Shown here: piece after piece, positions 28,588-42,864 of the stretch
How positions within the stretch are numbered: position 1 is the first letter of the stretch
Layout of the letters: each line of letters opens with the position of its first letter
NCBI GenBank assembly: GCA_951406725.2
Contig: OX597829.1
Span: 18,910,001 to 18,974,000, forward strand
Direction: 5' to 3'
Length of the DNA stretch: 64,000 nt
DNA from: Octopus vulgaris
Lineage: Eukaryota
Program-made: the position numbers and the translations under genes
Notes under the pieces: model-generated
What the model was told of the DNA's origin: nothing
Seen by the model: the letters and a program-made list of their open reading frames with translations, nothing else
Databases searched by the model: none

Positions 28588-28900
28588 GGAGGTGCAATGG
28601 CCCAGTGGTTAGACAAGCGGACTCACAGTCGAAGGTTCGCAGTTTTGAGTCCCAGACCGGGCATTGTATGTGTTTATTGAGCAAAAACACCTAAAAGCTC
28701 CACAAGGCTCCAGCAAGTGGGGTGGGGGTGGCGACCCCTGTTGTACTCTTTCGCCCCAACTTTCTCTCACTCTTCCTTCATGTTTCTTGGGTAACGCTGT
28801 GATGGACTGGTGTCCCGTCCAGCTGGGGAGAACACATATGCCACAGAAACCAGGAAACCGGGCCCATGAGCCTGGCTAGGCTTGAAAAGGGCAAGAAAGA
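28588..28900 (+). mobile_element. tRNA-derived SINE family C (second copy at about 59890-60270)
   Basis: ggaggtgcaatggcccagtggttag A-box and B-box-like segment shared by both copies. The 3' halves differ. Confidence 0.7.
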
Positions 28901-29176
28901 GAAGAAAGAGTGTTCCATATATTCTACTATGACTTTTTCTACTACTTTGAAAATTTGATCTATCAGTTTATGGTTCCTATGTTTGCTCATATCCAAAACA
29001 TGACCAATATCTTTATGTTAGTAATTGGGGATAACCATATTATTTGTTTGTTCATTAATTAATCTTCCTTTGATTGATTAATAACTATCAACATTTATCC
29101 ATTTAGAGTCCTTTGAGAATGTTTTGATCAGTACTGTCTCTTAGGTTTCTGAATATTACTTGATAGCAGCTTTTTA

Positions 29177-30320
29177 CCCTTTAGCATTTAAACCATTTGT
29201 TCCTGGCCCAAATATTCTACCCAGATCTGGCCTGTCACACCTACACTACAATGTTATTCTAAAGATAAACAATCACATCGTCAAATTCTCAAAGCTACTA
29301 GTTAATGCATGGATATGACTGGTTTAACCTTTTATCCTCCAGATTACTCCATATGCATGATTTATTCATAACAATGTAAATAAATACATTTGAGAGATTA
29401 ATCTGAATGCTAAAGGCTTAATAACAGCAAAACTCTATGCTTTATGCTTTCCACAACAACACAATCTCTACACAATATTACAGGAAAACAGGTTTGCTCA
29501 ACACGATTCCTGTACAGAAACAACAAAAACACAAACAAAAACATCCTTTTTTTTATCATTTAAACCAGCCATATATAGGTGCCGGAGTAGCTGGGTGGTA
29601 AGTAGCTTGCTTACCAACCACATGGTTCTGGGTTCAGTCCCACTGCGTGGCACCTTGGGCAAGTGTCTTCTACTATAGCCTCGGGCCAACCAAAGCCTTG
29701 TGAGTAGATTTGGTAGAGAGAAACTGAAAAAATCCCATCGTATATATGTATATGGATATATATATATGTGTGTGTGTTTGTGTGTCTGTGTTTGTCCCAC
29801 CAACATCGCTTGACAACCAATGTTGAAGTGTTTACATCCCCGTAACTTAGCGGTTGGGCAAAAGAGACTGATAGAAAAAGTACTGGGCTTACAAAGAATA
29901 AGTCTTGGGGTCAATTTGCTTGACTAAAGGCAGTGCTCCAGCATGGCCACAGTCAAATGACTGAAACAAGTAAAAGAGTAAAAAGAGAGTAAAGAGTATA
30001 TCCAGCCCAGATATTATATGTGTTTTATGTTCAAACTGGCCAGATCCAGCCTCTCACACATACCCTACAATGTTAATCTAAAAATAAGCAATCACATCAT
30101 GAAAATCTCAAAGCTATGAGCCTAATGCATGATTAATTCAAAATAATGTGAATAAATAGACATTAAACTAGTCATATCCAAACCAAATATTTTATTTTAT
30201 GTTCAAACTGACCCAGATCCAACCTCTCAAAGCTACGAGATAATGCATGAATTAATTCAAAACAATTTGAATAAATAAAAATTACATTTGACAGAATAAT
30301 CTGAATACTTGAAGGGTTAA
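29177..30320. mobile_element. Second TTAA-type MITE family fragments (about 29177-29420 and 30000-30320) on either side of a SINE
   Basis: ccctttagcatt ... aatgctaaaggcttaa and gaagggttaa termini, with shared internal sequence. Confidence 0.55.
29577..29995 (+). mobile_element. SINE family A, full length
   Basis: Same consensus on the + strand. Confidence 0.85.
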
Positions 30321-30510
30321 TGCCATTGTCAATAAAGCTATGCGGTACAGTAATTTCCCTCTCTTCCACAGATCCTTATGTGTAGCTTGGTATTTCCTCA
30401 ACAAGTTCACTGTGAGGACAAACAGTGCTACAGCACACATGTTGTTACCCTGAAATATTCTTGTTGCTAATCCAATTCTTTTCATGTGTGTGTATATATA
30501 TATATATATA

Positions 30511-30790
30511 TGGCCGTTGCCAGCGCCGCCCCAACGGGCCTCCGTGCCGGTGGCACGTAAAGGGCACCATTTGACCGTGGCCGTTTGCCAGCCCCGTCTG
30601 GCACCTGTGCCGGTGGCACGTAAAAAGCACCCACTACACTCACGGAGTGGTTGGCGTTAGGAAGGACATCCAGCCGTAGAAACACTGCCAGATCAGACTG
30701 GGCCTGGTGCAGCCTTCTGGCCTCCCAGACTCAGTTGAACCGTCCAACTCATGCTAGCATGGAAAGCAGACGCTAAAGGATGATGATGAT
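30511..30790 (+). mobile_element. RTE-like LINE 3'UTR fragment inside (TA)n
   Basis: Matches 4750-5040 (gtgccggtggcacgtaaa subrepeats, ccatgctagcatgg-like end, GAT tail). Confidence 0.8.
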
Positions 30791-31219
30791 ATATATATAT
30801 TTATATGTATAATACAAAATGGGACAAGAATGCAAAACCTCCCAACAGGTGATACAAAAAACGAACAACAAAACATCTAGATAGATGATACAAAGAAAAC
30901 AAGAACAAGTCATTTGGAGTTTTCTTTCCTCAGTCGAGTTCCAGATTATCTTTGCAATTTCGGCTGATTATACTAGAGATTGCTTCAATCTGGCCAGCCC
31001 CAAGGAAAAACTAAGCTAAGAGCATTAGATTCCTTGGAAGAAAGCAGTGAATGTATACAAAAACAAGGACAGAAAAAAACGGACAATGTTACACAAATAC
31101 AATAAAAATAATAGCAGGACATAACAACAGGTGTCTTTTGACCAAGGACAAATTAAATTAAGCTGGCATGTGTGGAAATGGAGCCTTATGGCAGGGATAC
31201 AAGATTTCACAGACAGAGG

Positions 31220-31261
<42 letters not shown>

Positions 31262-31333
31262 ATAGGGAGATAAATTAATATTAATTTTAATATCAATTTA
31301 AAACCAGTAGTCTAGCATAGTCCAGCCCTGCCA

Positions 31334-31386
<53 letters not shown>

Positions 31387-31596
31387 AAAATAAGAGGGTC
31401 AACATACACTCCACATCTTGATATTTTTTTCTGGACCAAATCATTAATTTTAAGTTTTAATTCATCCGAAGAAAATGATTTTTCTATGATGTAATTGGTT
31501 TACTCATAAATAAAGAGAAAAACATATTGACACAGCTGTACTGGACCATAACCTATTGGTGTTACTTTTATATATATATATATATATATACACACA

Positions 31597-31750
31597 AAGG
31601 GATACTGAAAAGTTCCTGCTTTTAAGGGTCTTACAAAAGGCCTAGCTGGAGGTCCAACCTTCCTAATTCTTTTACAGAGCTTAAGAAAACTGAAGGACCA
31701 CAGCAGTAAGTATATGAATCTGAGAGGGAACTGATCCTCCTGTATTTTCT
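31597..31750 (+). mobile_element. Probable mariner-derived MITE fragment
   Basis: gggatactgaaaagttcc terminus-like start followed by a mariner C-terminus-like remnant. Confidence 0.4.
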
Positions 31751-32514
31751 TTTACCAAGGGGCCAAACATAGAGGGAACAAACAATGACAGACAAAGGGA
31801 TTAAGTCAATTACATGGACCCCAGTGAGTAACTGGTACTTATTTAATTGACTCTAAAAGGATGAAAGGCTAAGTCGACCTTGGCGGAATTTGAACTCAGA
31901 ACATAGCGGCAGATGAAATACTACTAAGAATTTCGCCTGGCGTGCTAACGTTTCTGCCAACCCGCCACTTTGGGAAGCAAACATCTAATCACACAGCTTC
32001 CCCTGTGCATACATGATGCACTTTCATACATTTGTTTTTTTTCCATCCACCAGATTTTGCTTGCAACGCATTTGTCAACCTGAAGTATTTGATGTAGACG
32101 CTTGCTCAAGATGCTACTCGTGCAGTTAGCATCAAACTTAAAAGCATGTGATTTGCAAAATGAGTGTTTTTAACCATGAGGCCTACACTCCACCCATGCA
32201 CATACCCACATGTTCATTTATAATCTACCTTCTCAACTACATACACACACACACACACACACACATCCACAAATGCATATACACAGACACACAAACACAC
32301 AGACACACACACACACACAAACGTGTACGCACACACACACAAACGTGTACGCACACACACACACACATTATGATGATGCATTTATATAGTCCATCTTTCC
32401 TTTTGTCTAAATTGAAAAGAAAATGATTGCTAAAATGTATTGAATTGAAATAAAAGTTAACCAAAATAGATAGATGACAGGGTCAGAATTGGATTTAGAA
32501 TCATCGTCATTATC

Positions 32515-32573
<59 letters not shown>

Positions 32574-33311
32574 AAGAGGAGGAGGAGGAGGAAGAAGAAG
32601 GAGTAGTAGTTGTAGTAGTAGTAGGAGGAGAGGAAAATGATGACGATGACAGCCACCACCACCAACAACAACAACACCATCATTACAGCAGTTATTTCGT
32701 CATTAGCAGCATCACTAGCAACATTGACAACAACAACAACAACGGAATGGCAACTACAACAACAATATCAAGAATGACAACAACAACAACAATTATTTCA
32801 AAATTTGCAGCATGACACGCCAGCTCCAACAACACCAACTTCCCACTAGCAACAACAACAACATGCTCAACAATAAACACTTAAACAATTCGATGTAGTT
32901 GACTCATTCAATTATCATCATTTGAGTATAAAATTCCGCAATTAGCACAGAAATTCATGGATCGTAACAAGCCATTGTGAGCAGAAATTTTCGTAACCCA
33001 CCCATCCTTGTTTTATTATACAGGTGGATACATAAGAACAACTACATATCTGACAGCAGCAACAGTAACTACACGACCACCACCACTGACAACAACAACA
33101 AATACAAGCAGTAACAGCATAAAAAGAGTTTGTTTTTAATACATACATGCATGCATACATACATACATACATTACACATATTCGTATATGATATATGATT
33201 GAGTGTAGGTAGTGTGGAAGGGGGGATATTTTGAAATATTTGCCCAAGTTTATTATCATCATCATTACCAGTTAATTATATCAGTGATACATATATACAC
33301 ACATACATACA

Positions 33312-33346
<35 letters not shown>

Positions 33347-33349
33347 GTT

Positions 33350-33391
<42 letters not shown>

Positions 33392-33404
33392 AGCATATAT
33401 ACAT

Positions 33405-33459
<55 letters not shown>

Positions 33460-33476
33460 CATACACACACACATAT

Positions 33477-33515
<39 letters not shown>

Positions 33516-33735
33516 CATATATGTATATATATGTATATATATATATGTATATATGTGTGTGTGTGTGTGTGTATGTATATATATATACATATATATGTAC
33601 ACACATACATATATATATATGTGTGTGTGTAGTATGTGTATATATATATGTATATATTTACATATATATGTACATATATATATGTATTTATATATATATA
33701 TATATATATATTGGTAAAAATGGTTAGATAACAAA

Positions 33736-33786
<51 letters not shown>

Positions 33787-34218
33787 TATTTGTAGAATAT
33801 GGAATATGTGCACATAATAATGCAAGATAGTCAACATTTTAGAATTATGAAAAGGTTTTTATATCTTTTCCCCCATTAAGACTGTTATTTTTGGAACTTC
33901 TTTCCTTATTTTTTCTTTTTACATATTTTGTAAATACAAAAAAAAAAAAAAAGTTGGAGACATTCTTCATAGTAATTTTGTTTCAAAAATTATCTTAAAT
34001 ATGCAAAAATAGATTCTGAAACTACTTTCTCTCTTTCTTTTTTATGTTCCTTCTTTTCTCCTCTTCTTTCTTTCTTCCTACCTTTCTTTCTTTCTTTATT
34101 TTTTCTTCATAAAAACAGCCATTCTCTTATTCCTCTACATGTATTTTTAATAACAGAAACTCAAACACACTGAGTGGCATTCACATATTTTCATGTGCCT
34201 TTTTTTTTCTTCTTTCAG

Positions 34219-34294
34219 GTTAGCTCCAAAATAACAGATTTTGACAAGGAGAAAGAAAATTATATAAGGCATATTCTTAAAAGATTCCAAAATG
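34219..34294 (+). CDS. Internal coding exon (VSSKITDFDKEKENYIRHILKRFQN+G; phase 0 to 1)
   Basis: Long polypyrimidine tract ttttttttcttctttcag, ATG|gtaaga donor, protein-like peptide, and the other two frames are closed. Confidence 0.7.
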
Positions 34295-34679
34295 GTAAGA
34301 AAATTGGCAGCGCAGATGGCAAGACTTTTAGCAATATCAATAAAGGTGAGTTTAAAAAGAAAAAAGTCTTTGTAAAAATGTCAAATAATTTTTGTAATAA
34401 GTAACAGAAATACATCCACGAATTTTAGAGGGATTTCCCTGTGGTATGTGCATGTGTGTGTATTTGTCATACATGCATGCATACATTTGTGCATACACAT
34501 TGATGTATGTGGTTCTGAGGACACCTATTTGTCTGCAGCAAGAAATTTTCTTCTTGATGAAATGCAGCAAATGACTTTCTTACAAGTTCAAATATGCCTC
34601 AAGCATATTCCAGCTGAATACAAGTTTTTAGCTGTGTGTGTATGTATGTATGTATACACATATATATATATATACATAC

Positions 34680-35155
34680 ATCATCATCATCATCATAATC
34701 GTTTAACGTCTGTTTTCCATGCTAGCATAGGTTGGACGGTTCGACCGGGGTCTGGGAAGCCAGGAGGCTGCACCAGGCTCCAGTCTGATCTGGCAGTGTT
34801 TCTACAGCTGGATGCCCTTCCTAATGCCAACCACTCCATGAGTGTAGTGGATGCTTTTTACATGTCACCGGCACAGGTGCCAGGGGAGGCTGGCAACGGC
34901 CATGATCGGTTGGTACTTTTTAAATGCTACCAGCACTGGAGCCAGTCAAGGCAGCGCTGGCATAGGCCATGTTCAGATGGTGCTTTTTACGTGCCACCGA
35001 CATGGGAATCACAACTACAATTTCCATTTGATTTTTACTTTGATGTTGATGTACTTGACTCAGTAGGTCTCCTCAAGCACAGCAGGTTGCCCTATGATCC
35101 AAGGTAAGCACAGCAGGTCGTCCTACAATCCAAGGTACTTTTGAATGGGCTGGGG
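34680..35155 (-). mobile_element. RTE-like LINE 3'UTR fragment
   Basis: Reverse complement of the same 3'UTR, with the (CAT)n tail at the left end. Confidence 0.75.
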
Positions 35156-35159
35156 CTAC

Positions 35160-35190
<31 letters not shown>

Positions 35191-37104
35191 ATGAAAGATG
35201 GAAGATGGAATATACGAGAATTTATCATTACTCATATTACTCATGACAATTGTTTCGACACTTCAAGCATTGATCCTTCATGGGTGAGACACTCAGCAAT
35301 TGGTTCAGGAGCATCTGGCTCAAATATTCTACCAATCTGGGTCTCAAACCAGATTGCTCTACCCTATGATATCATTTGAAAAATAAACAAGTAGGTTGTC
35401 ATAAATTTGTAGCTTTGAGATACTATGAGATAAAGCCATTTCTGCTTAAATATAATTATAAATACTGTGAAATTATCAATATAACATGATTTTTTTTCCC
35501 CCTATGACTAAAGTGGAGATTTTTAAAATACTGATTTTTAAATTACTGATATGATGGCTTCAGTAAGTATTGATTCTGCCTTATACTCAAAGGATTTATA
35601 CAAAATATCGGAGAAAAATGAAAAAAATAGGAGTTACTTCTCATCAGATAAATCAGATGTAGATGTTTCTGAATTTTCATCTGATAGTGAAAAGTAATTT
35701 GATAGTCTCAGAGATGAAGATGCTCAAGTCACTTTTCAAAATACTATGGTAACATGGATGAAAATATTTAATCAACTCTGAAGTTTGACTGACAGGCGGT
35801 TATTACACATTTCTTGCATTTAAACACAATTAATGTGCAAAACTGGGTACTATATATAGTAATTTCAGTATGTATACACCTGTATTCTCACTCAGGTCTC
35901 ACCTGTTAACAAAATTCTTTTATTGGACATATTTTATTATGTAAATCATCATCATCATCATTATCATCATTGTTTAATGTCTACCTTCCATGCTGGTATG
36001 GGTTAGGCAGCTTGACAGGAGCCGGTCAGGTAAAAGACTACCCCAGGCTACTGTGTTTGTTTTGGCATGGTTTTTATGGCTGGATGTCCTTCCTAACTCC
36101 AGCTGCCCTGTAGAGTAGGCTGAGTGCTTTTTATGTGGTACCATGTCAGTTTTAGCATGGTTTTTACACCTGGATGCCCTTCCCAGCACTTAATAAATTG
36201 TGTATGTTTTATTTTCAATGAAAATGTTTGAATGAAATGTAGAGAAAGAATATGATCTTGTACTGATTACACCTACATTTTAATCAATTCAAATTGATTT
36301 ACCTATTCATGAAAAGTAGTATTATTGTAGGAGATTGAGCTGGCAGAACCATTAGCAGGCTGGGTGGACTGCCTAGCAACATCTTGTTTGTCTTTACATT
36401 CCGAGTTCAAATTCCATTAAAGTTGACTTTGACTTTCATCCTTCTGGGGTCAATAAAATAAATACCAGTTATGCACTGGGGTTGATGTGATTGACTTACT
36501 CCCTCTCGCTCTTGAAATTGCTGGCCTAGTGCCAAAATGTGAAACTAATATTGTAGGAGATTGTCATTTGGGTTGGGATAATTTTAGTAACAAAACAAAC
36601 AAGTAAGACACATAATGGTTCAATTTCAGTGTTATCCATTATGTTATTGCTTTTTTTTACACCTTCAAATTTATTTCACCTGTCCATAGAAGTCAAATTT
36701 AACAAAAAAAAAAATCAGGTAAAAATAAATAATTCTAAATCATTGTTATTTAAACATCTACTGAAAAAATTCAGATCTGCACATAAAACAAAATCAACAA
36801 AGTTGCAAACAAACATTGTTGATACCTCCCTTAGGTGTTATCAGCACAAAGCAATGTAGAAAAATAAGCATTACATTGAATAGATTAAATGCTGATGTTT
36901 TAAACCATAACACCTCTGTTATTTTTAGAGAACATTTAGTATAATTATGCTTCTTTGAAAGACTTCAGCAAAAGGAATCTATTTCTGTAAGCCAAGTTTA
37001 AATTTGTGCTGAAGGGTAAAGCTTATAAAGCAAAAAATAATCAAACTGAAAAGAGATAATACAGTTCTATATTTAAGAGATGAGGAATTATGTGCATTAT
37101 TTAC

Positions 37105-37630
37105 ATTATTTACATTTGACGGATATTTGTCTTCATCTTGTTGTTAACAATGTTTCGGCTGATATTACCCTCCAGCCTTCTTCAAGTGTCTTGGGGAAAT
37201 TTCAAACCTGGGTTCTCATTCATATGCCCACGGGTATATGGCGTAGTGGTTAAGAGCGCGGGCTACTAATCCCAAGATTCCGAGTTCAATTCCAAGCAGT
37301 GACCTGAATCATCATCATCATCAGGCTCCAATCTTGATCTGAGAGAATTTCTACAGCCGGATGCCCTTCCTAATGCCAACCACACTGAGAGTGTAGTGGG
37401 CACTTTTATGTGCCACCAGCACGAGGGCCAGTCAGACAGTACTGGCAACAGCCATGCTCAAATGGTGTTTTTTATGTGCCACCTGCAACATCGAAAAATA
37501 CCTTAGGAGTGAGAACCCAGGTTCGAAATTTCCCCAAGACACCTGAAGAAGGCTTGAGGGTATATCAGCCAAAACGTTGTGCAAGCAACAAACAAGATGA
37601 GGACAAATATCTGTCAAATGTAAATAATGT
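37105..37630. repeat. Inverted repeat with hammerhead-like cores, probably derived from a Penelope-like element
   Basis: Arms about 37105-37221 and 37507-37630. Confidence 0.8.
37232..37308 (+). other. tRNA-like SINE head (not a functional tRNA) inside a foldback element
   Basis: tggcgtagtggttaaga A-box, gagttcaattcc B-box and CTACTAA loop. Acceptor stem does not pair. Confidence 0.6.
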
Positions 37631-39002
37631 GAAAAGAAATAGTTAAAAAGATTTTACATTGATCTAAATGGAAGGGACCCTAATATTGATTTCAAATTTT
37701 GGCACAAGGCCAGCAATTTTTTTGTGGGGGTGAGTTGATTATATTGACCTCAGTGTTTAACTGGTACTTAATTTATCAACACCAAAAGGATGAAAAATAA
37801 AGTCAGCCATGGCAGAATTTGAACTCAGAAAGTGAAGACAAATGAAATGCTGTTAAGCATATTGCCTAATGTGCTAACAATTCTACCAGCTTGACACTTG
37901 AAAGGGATCTAATAATCCTTTCTACTAAAGGAAATTTCTACTGAAATTTTGTGGGAGAGGACTAGTCAATTTCATTGACCCCAGTGTTTCACCGGTACTT
38001 AATTTATCGACCCCAGAAAGATGAAAGGCAAAGTTGACCTCAGCAGAATTTGAACTCAGAATGTAAAGACTGACAAAATATCGCTAAGCAATTTGTCTGA
38101 CTTGCTAATGTTTCTGCCAGCTTGTCTGATAATGAAAACTATATCAAAAATGATAAAGTAGGAAGAGCCCATTAAACAAAAAATGGTCACATTTGAAGTG
38201 GATCACTCATAACTTTTGTAACATTGAAAGCATAGTAAGCAAACATAAGGAGAAGTACTGCAAAGAGTAGTGTTGCACTGGTTCCAAATTCTTATCTGTT
38301 TTGGTCCAGTTTCAGTTTTGGTTGGTTCCGCCTAAGTGTGCGTATGTGATATGAATCTTTTGGAGATTAGCATTGCACAAGCTAAACATTTTTTGATTTT
38401 CTGATATTTTGAAAATATTTATATTTAGTAAGTCGTATATAGAGAGCAGATTTTAGGTGTCAAAATATCTACTTTTTTTAGGTGAAAAAATAGTAGTTTT
38501 TAAGTGCAAATTTAGGTGCAAAAGATATCATCATTTTGCCTCCATATTTAATATAAATACCAAAATTCTTTGAAAAATAATGTTTCAAAATAGGATCCAT
38601 TTTTTAATTGTTGTGCCAAAAGTTGCTTTCTATGTTTATTTTCACACCAAATAGTAAAAATTAATCAATACAGATAATTAATAATTAAAATAATAAATAC
38701 AACTGCTTAGCACCAAATTTAGAACTGTGAATTATATTAAGGAAAATTAATCAAATATATTAAAATTTAATAAGTTAATGGAATTGAACATTAAAAATTT
38801 ATTATTACCAAATTTATTGTATGAAAAAATATTTCTTATTTTTATTTGAATGATTTTGAAAATGATTATTTGCTTTCAAATATTGTTGGAAAAAACATCT
38901 GAGAAAACTTGAAAATGATTTTTTTTTAAATATATAAAATTTTATAAAAAATGCTTTTGATTTTGGTGATTTGCTATTAAATTTTTTTTTTTACATAAGT
39001 AG

Positions 39003-39392
39003 AGGCATTGATGTGTGATAAGAAATTTGCTCCCCAACCACATAGTTTTGGGTTCAATCCCACTGCATGGCACCATGAGCATGTGTTTTCTACTATAGCT
39101 CTGGGCCGACCAGAGCCTTGTGGCTAGATCTGGATCACAGAATCTACAAGAGACCTGTCAAAGCCCATGTTATATATATGTGTGTGTCTGTGTCTGTGTT
39201 TGTCCCTCCACCATTGCTCGACAACCAATGTTGTTGTGTTTATGTCCCCATAACTTAGTGGTTTGGCAAAAAGAGACCGATTGAATAAATACTAGGCTTA
39301 CAAGGAATAAGTCCTGGTGTCAATTTGTTAAACAAAAGGTGGAGCTCCAGCGTGGCTGCTGTCAAATGACTGAAATGAGTAAAAAACTAAAA
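39003..39392 (+). mobile_element. SINE family A, diverged
   Basis: Same consensus. Confidence 0.75.
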
Positions 39393-40054
39393 GGATATAT
39401 ATATGCTGTGATCAATATGTATCCAAACTGTTGCCATAGTAACAAAGCTAAAGCACATAGAGGGAAACAGCTTGGCACAGTTTGACCTTGAACTCTGCTG
39501 CCCATGTGCACTAAGTTTTAACATTCTAGTTCACTTCCACTGTTTACAGCAGTGCTTGGAAGGAAGTTGTGAAGCTTGTGATTGTTGCATTGACCATGAC
39601 AGAAAGTTGATCTGAGAATCATCATCATCATCATCGTTTAGTGTCCGTTTCCGTCTACCAATTAAATCCCGTCAATTTGTCCTAACCATGAAAACATCGA
39701 ACGCAGATATTAAATGATGGTGAAGAGGAGGAGTTAGAATGGGAGACAACTTTAGACATTATTTGAGTATTATTGCTTCTCTTCAGCAAAGTATGTACAT
39801 CACTGCAATTGCCAAATAGTGATGACAGAAGCTCTGTGTAGATGTGATATAATAATAATGTAAACTGGCTGACTGGAGAAAATAGAAATATTCTGACTAA
39901 AAAGGTTCCTCTATGGAAACCCCACCTCAAAAAAAAAAAAAATCAGTTATGTTTGTGTTAACATATCTAATGAAAAGATATTCCTACATTTTTAATTACA
40001 TGTGATGACAAATAAGTGTCTTCTTCTCTCACTCTCTTTCTCTCTCTCTCTGTA

Positions 40055-40089
<35 letters not shown>

Positions 40090-40243
40090 GTTACTGACTA
40101 CATAAATCTATTTATATAACAGTTGTATTGAAATATGTATGTGTAATTCTACACTCATATTCTTATAATACACACATAATGCAGACACACACGCACACAC
40201 ACACTTGCTCTTACATATACACAGAGAAAATTTACACATGTCT

Positions 40244-40274
<31 letters not shown>

Positions 40275-41304
40275 CACATCAGTTCATACACATGTGTATG
40301 TATATACATATGAATCATCTCATCTGGTTCCATTTGTATTATATACTTTGACTTTCAAAGCGAATTTCATGCATTTGAAGATGTTATTTTCATTTGATTT
40401 TCAAGTATTTCCACCCACCCTCCCACACCCACTCTTTTTCTCTTCTCTCTCTCTTTCCATCCCCCCTCTCTCTCTTTCCATCCCCCCTCTCTCTCTTTCC
40501 ATCCCCCCTCTCTCTCTTTCTTTCTCTGTTGCTTTCCTTTCCCTTCATAAGAATTTTTGTGCAAATTTTACGCATCAATCCAAAAGACAACTGAAGATGT
40601 GTTTACATATTCATATCTGATTGCTGTATGGCTTCTACATTGAGAAACTTTAGCCTAATTTTCTTGTCAGAATGATACCACAGATATCATAAGAAATGTA
40701 CAAAATTTGAGTGGAATATTCTTGTTAAATATCTTTCCGGTTCCTATTGTTTGCAATTTTCTTTTCTTTCCTACTATTTTTAGAAGTTAAATCATGTTTA
40801 GATATAATCATAAGTTTTATTTATTTTTCACTTGTGATAGCTTAATTTTTTTCCTGTATATATTTTTAAGCATCTTTAACAATAGATGTAGCCTAAATGG
40901 CTATGATGTGCATTGAATTTTAACTGTGAAATTGGTTGTTTGTATTTCTGAGTTCAGTGTTACAAATTCAGCTTTTTCATGGTGTAGGCCTGGCTAACCA
41001 CATGGATCCAGGTTCAATCCCTCTGCATGGCACTTTGAGCAAGTGTCTTCTGTTACAGCTCCCAGGTTGACCAAAGCCTTGTGAATGGATTTGGTTGAAA
41101 GAAACTGAAAGAAGCCTATTGTGTGTGCGTGTGTGTGTGTGTTATTCAAAATAGTCTGATTCAGATTCCATGCTACTTCGAGATTCACAGGCCCCTAACA
41201 AAACCTGTCTCCTCCTAACATTCATGGAATAGACAAATTATGTTATTACATGTAACTTCTAATAAATGTGTTGAGTGCCCTTTCTCTCTTTTCTCCATTC
41301 ACTC

Positions 41305-41385
<81 letters not shown>

Positions 41386-41931
41386 ATCTGATTTGGCATG
41401 ATTTTCTACAGCTGGATGCCCTTCCTAATGCCAACCACTTTACAGAGTGTGCTGGGTGCTTTTAACATGGCATTGCATGAATGCTTCCATGTGGCACCAA
41501 CATGAGTGCTTTTCACATGACACTGACACAAGACTCTTGCAGGCCTATCCTCTTTACCGGGCGGTGGGGGACCTTAACACTTCTGCTGTGAAGTAGAGGT
41601 CTTCTTGCTTCTCAAGTGAAATTCTATAAGCAGGCTTAGCTGATTGGTTAAGAAGATTACTTTGCAATCATGGATTGCTGAGTTCAGTCTCACTGCATGG
41701 TATCTTCAGTAAGAGCCATTTAAGACCCTGTGAGTAAAATTGGGTAGACTGAAACAATGTAGAAAGTCTGTTAGACAGATTATACCTGTAATTAGAAGAT
41801 ATACCTTTCTTATATTTTGCATCACACTGATTTTAGCTTGGAAATTCTGATAGTATAAATATATGTATGTATAAATGTGTGTGTGTGTATGTGTGTATAT
41901 GTATGTGTATGTGTGTGTGTGTGTGTATATA

Positions 41932-41981
<50 letters not shown>

Positions 41982-41984
<3 letters not shown>

Positions 41985-42211
41985 GTAAATGTAATATGTG
42001 GCAATTATTCGGTAGCCATGATAAAACTCCAAGTTTTGAAGGCCAAGGTGAACATCCACGCCACCATCTCTTCGGTTATCTGGCCATCGGATAGCATTTT
42101 TTCTGATGGCCGGATAACTGAAGAGATGGCAGTGTGGATTTCCACCTTGGCATCCGAAACTTGGAGTTTTATCATGGCTACCGAATAATTGCCACTTATT
42201 ACATTTAAAGA
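41982..42211. repeat. Imperfect palindrome with ~110-bp arms and a hammerhead-like core
   Basis: gtggcaattattcggtagccatgataaaactccaag / cttggagttttatcatggctaccgaataattgccac. Confidence 0.9.
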
Positions 42212-42864
42212 TAAATTCCTCTATTTACATAATATCCAGGTATCTTTCATTCTTTTGTGTTCTTACCATTTTTATCAATATATATATATATATATATATC
42301 CGATGGGTTTCTTACATTTCCAACTCCCAAATTCATTCATAAGGCTTTGGTTGGCCTGAGGCTAAAAAAAAGATACTTGCCCAAGGTGCCACACAGTGGG
42401 ACTGAACTCAGATCCATGTGGTTGAGAATTGAAAATTTTACCTAAAAATCAACTATGATTTTTTTTCCTTTTATCACTCCACTCATATTTTATTTTCAAA
42501 CCAAACATTTTTATTTTAAATTATTTGTTTAACTGCAGATGCTGGCATGAATTTTATTCATGACTATTGTCATGGCTGTGTCAAAAATAACATCATTTAA
42601 GATAGAACGTTTATTGTGCTGGCCAAGAGACAATGTATTTGATCATCATCCACTTTAAAAGCTGGAATAAAACAATTAGGTCAAACAATATAGGCCAAAC
42701 ACTTTTTTCTTTCTTTTTACTATTTTTGCTTTTGTTTTTGTTGTGGAGGAAATAAAATGAGTGAGGAATAAAATGAAATGAGGAGAATAAATATTTAAAA
42801 AGAAAGAAAAAAATAGAAATTGATTGTTTGCAGTAAACTAATTTTTATGTTGTATTTTTTATAG

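Noticed and set aside
35550-35780. Acidic N-terminus of a piggyBac-like transposase
   Set aside because: Compositional resemblance only, with stops and no catalytic motifs.
37232-37308. tRNA-Ser gene
   Set aside because: No acceptor stem, poor anticodon stem and no long variable arm. It is a SINE-type head.
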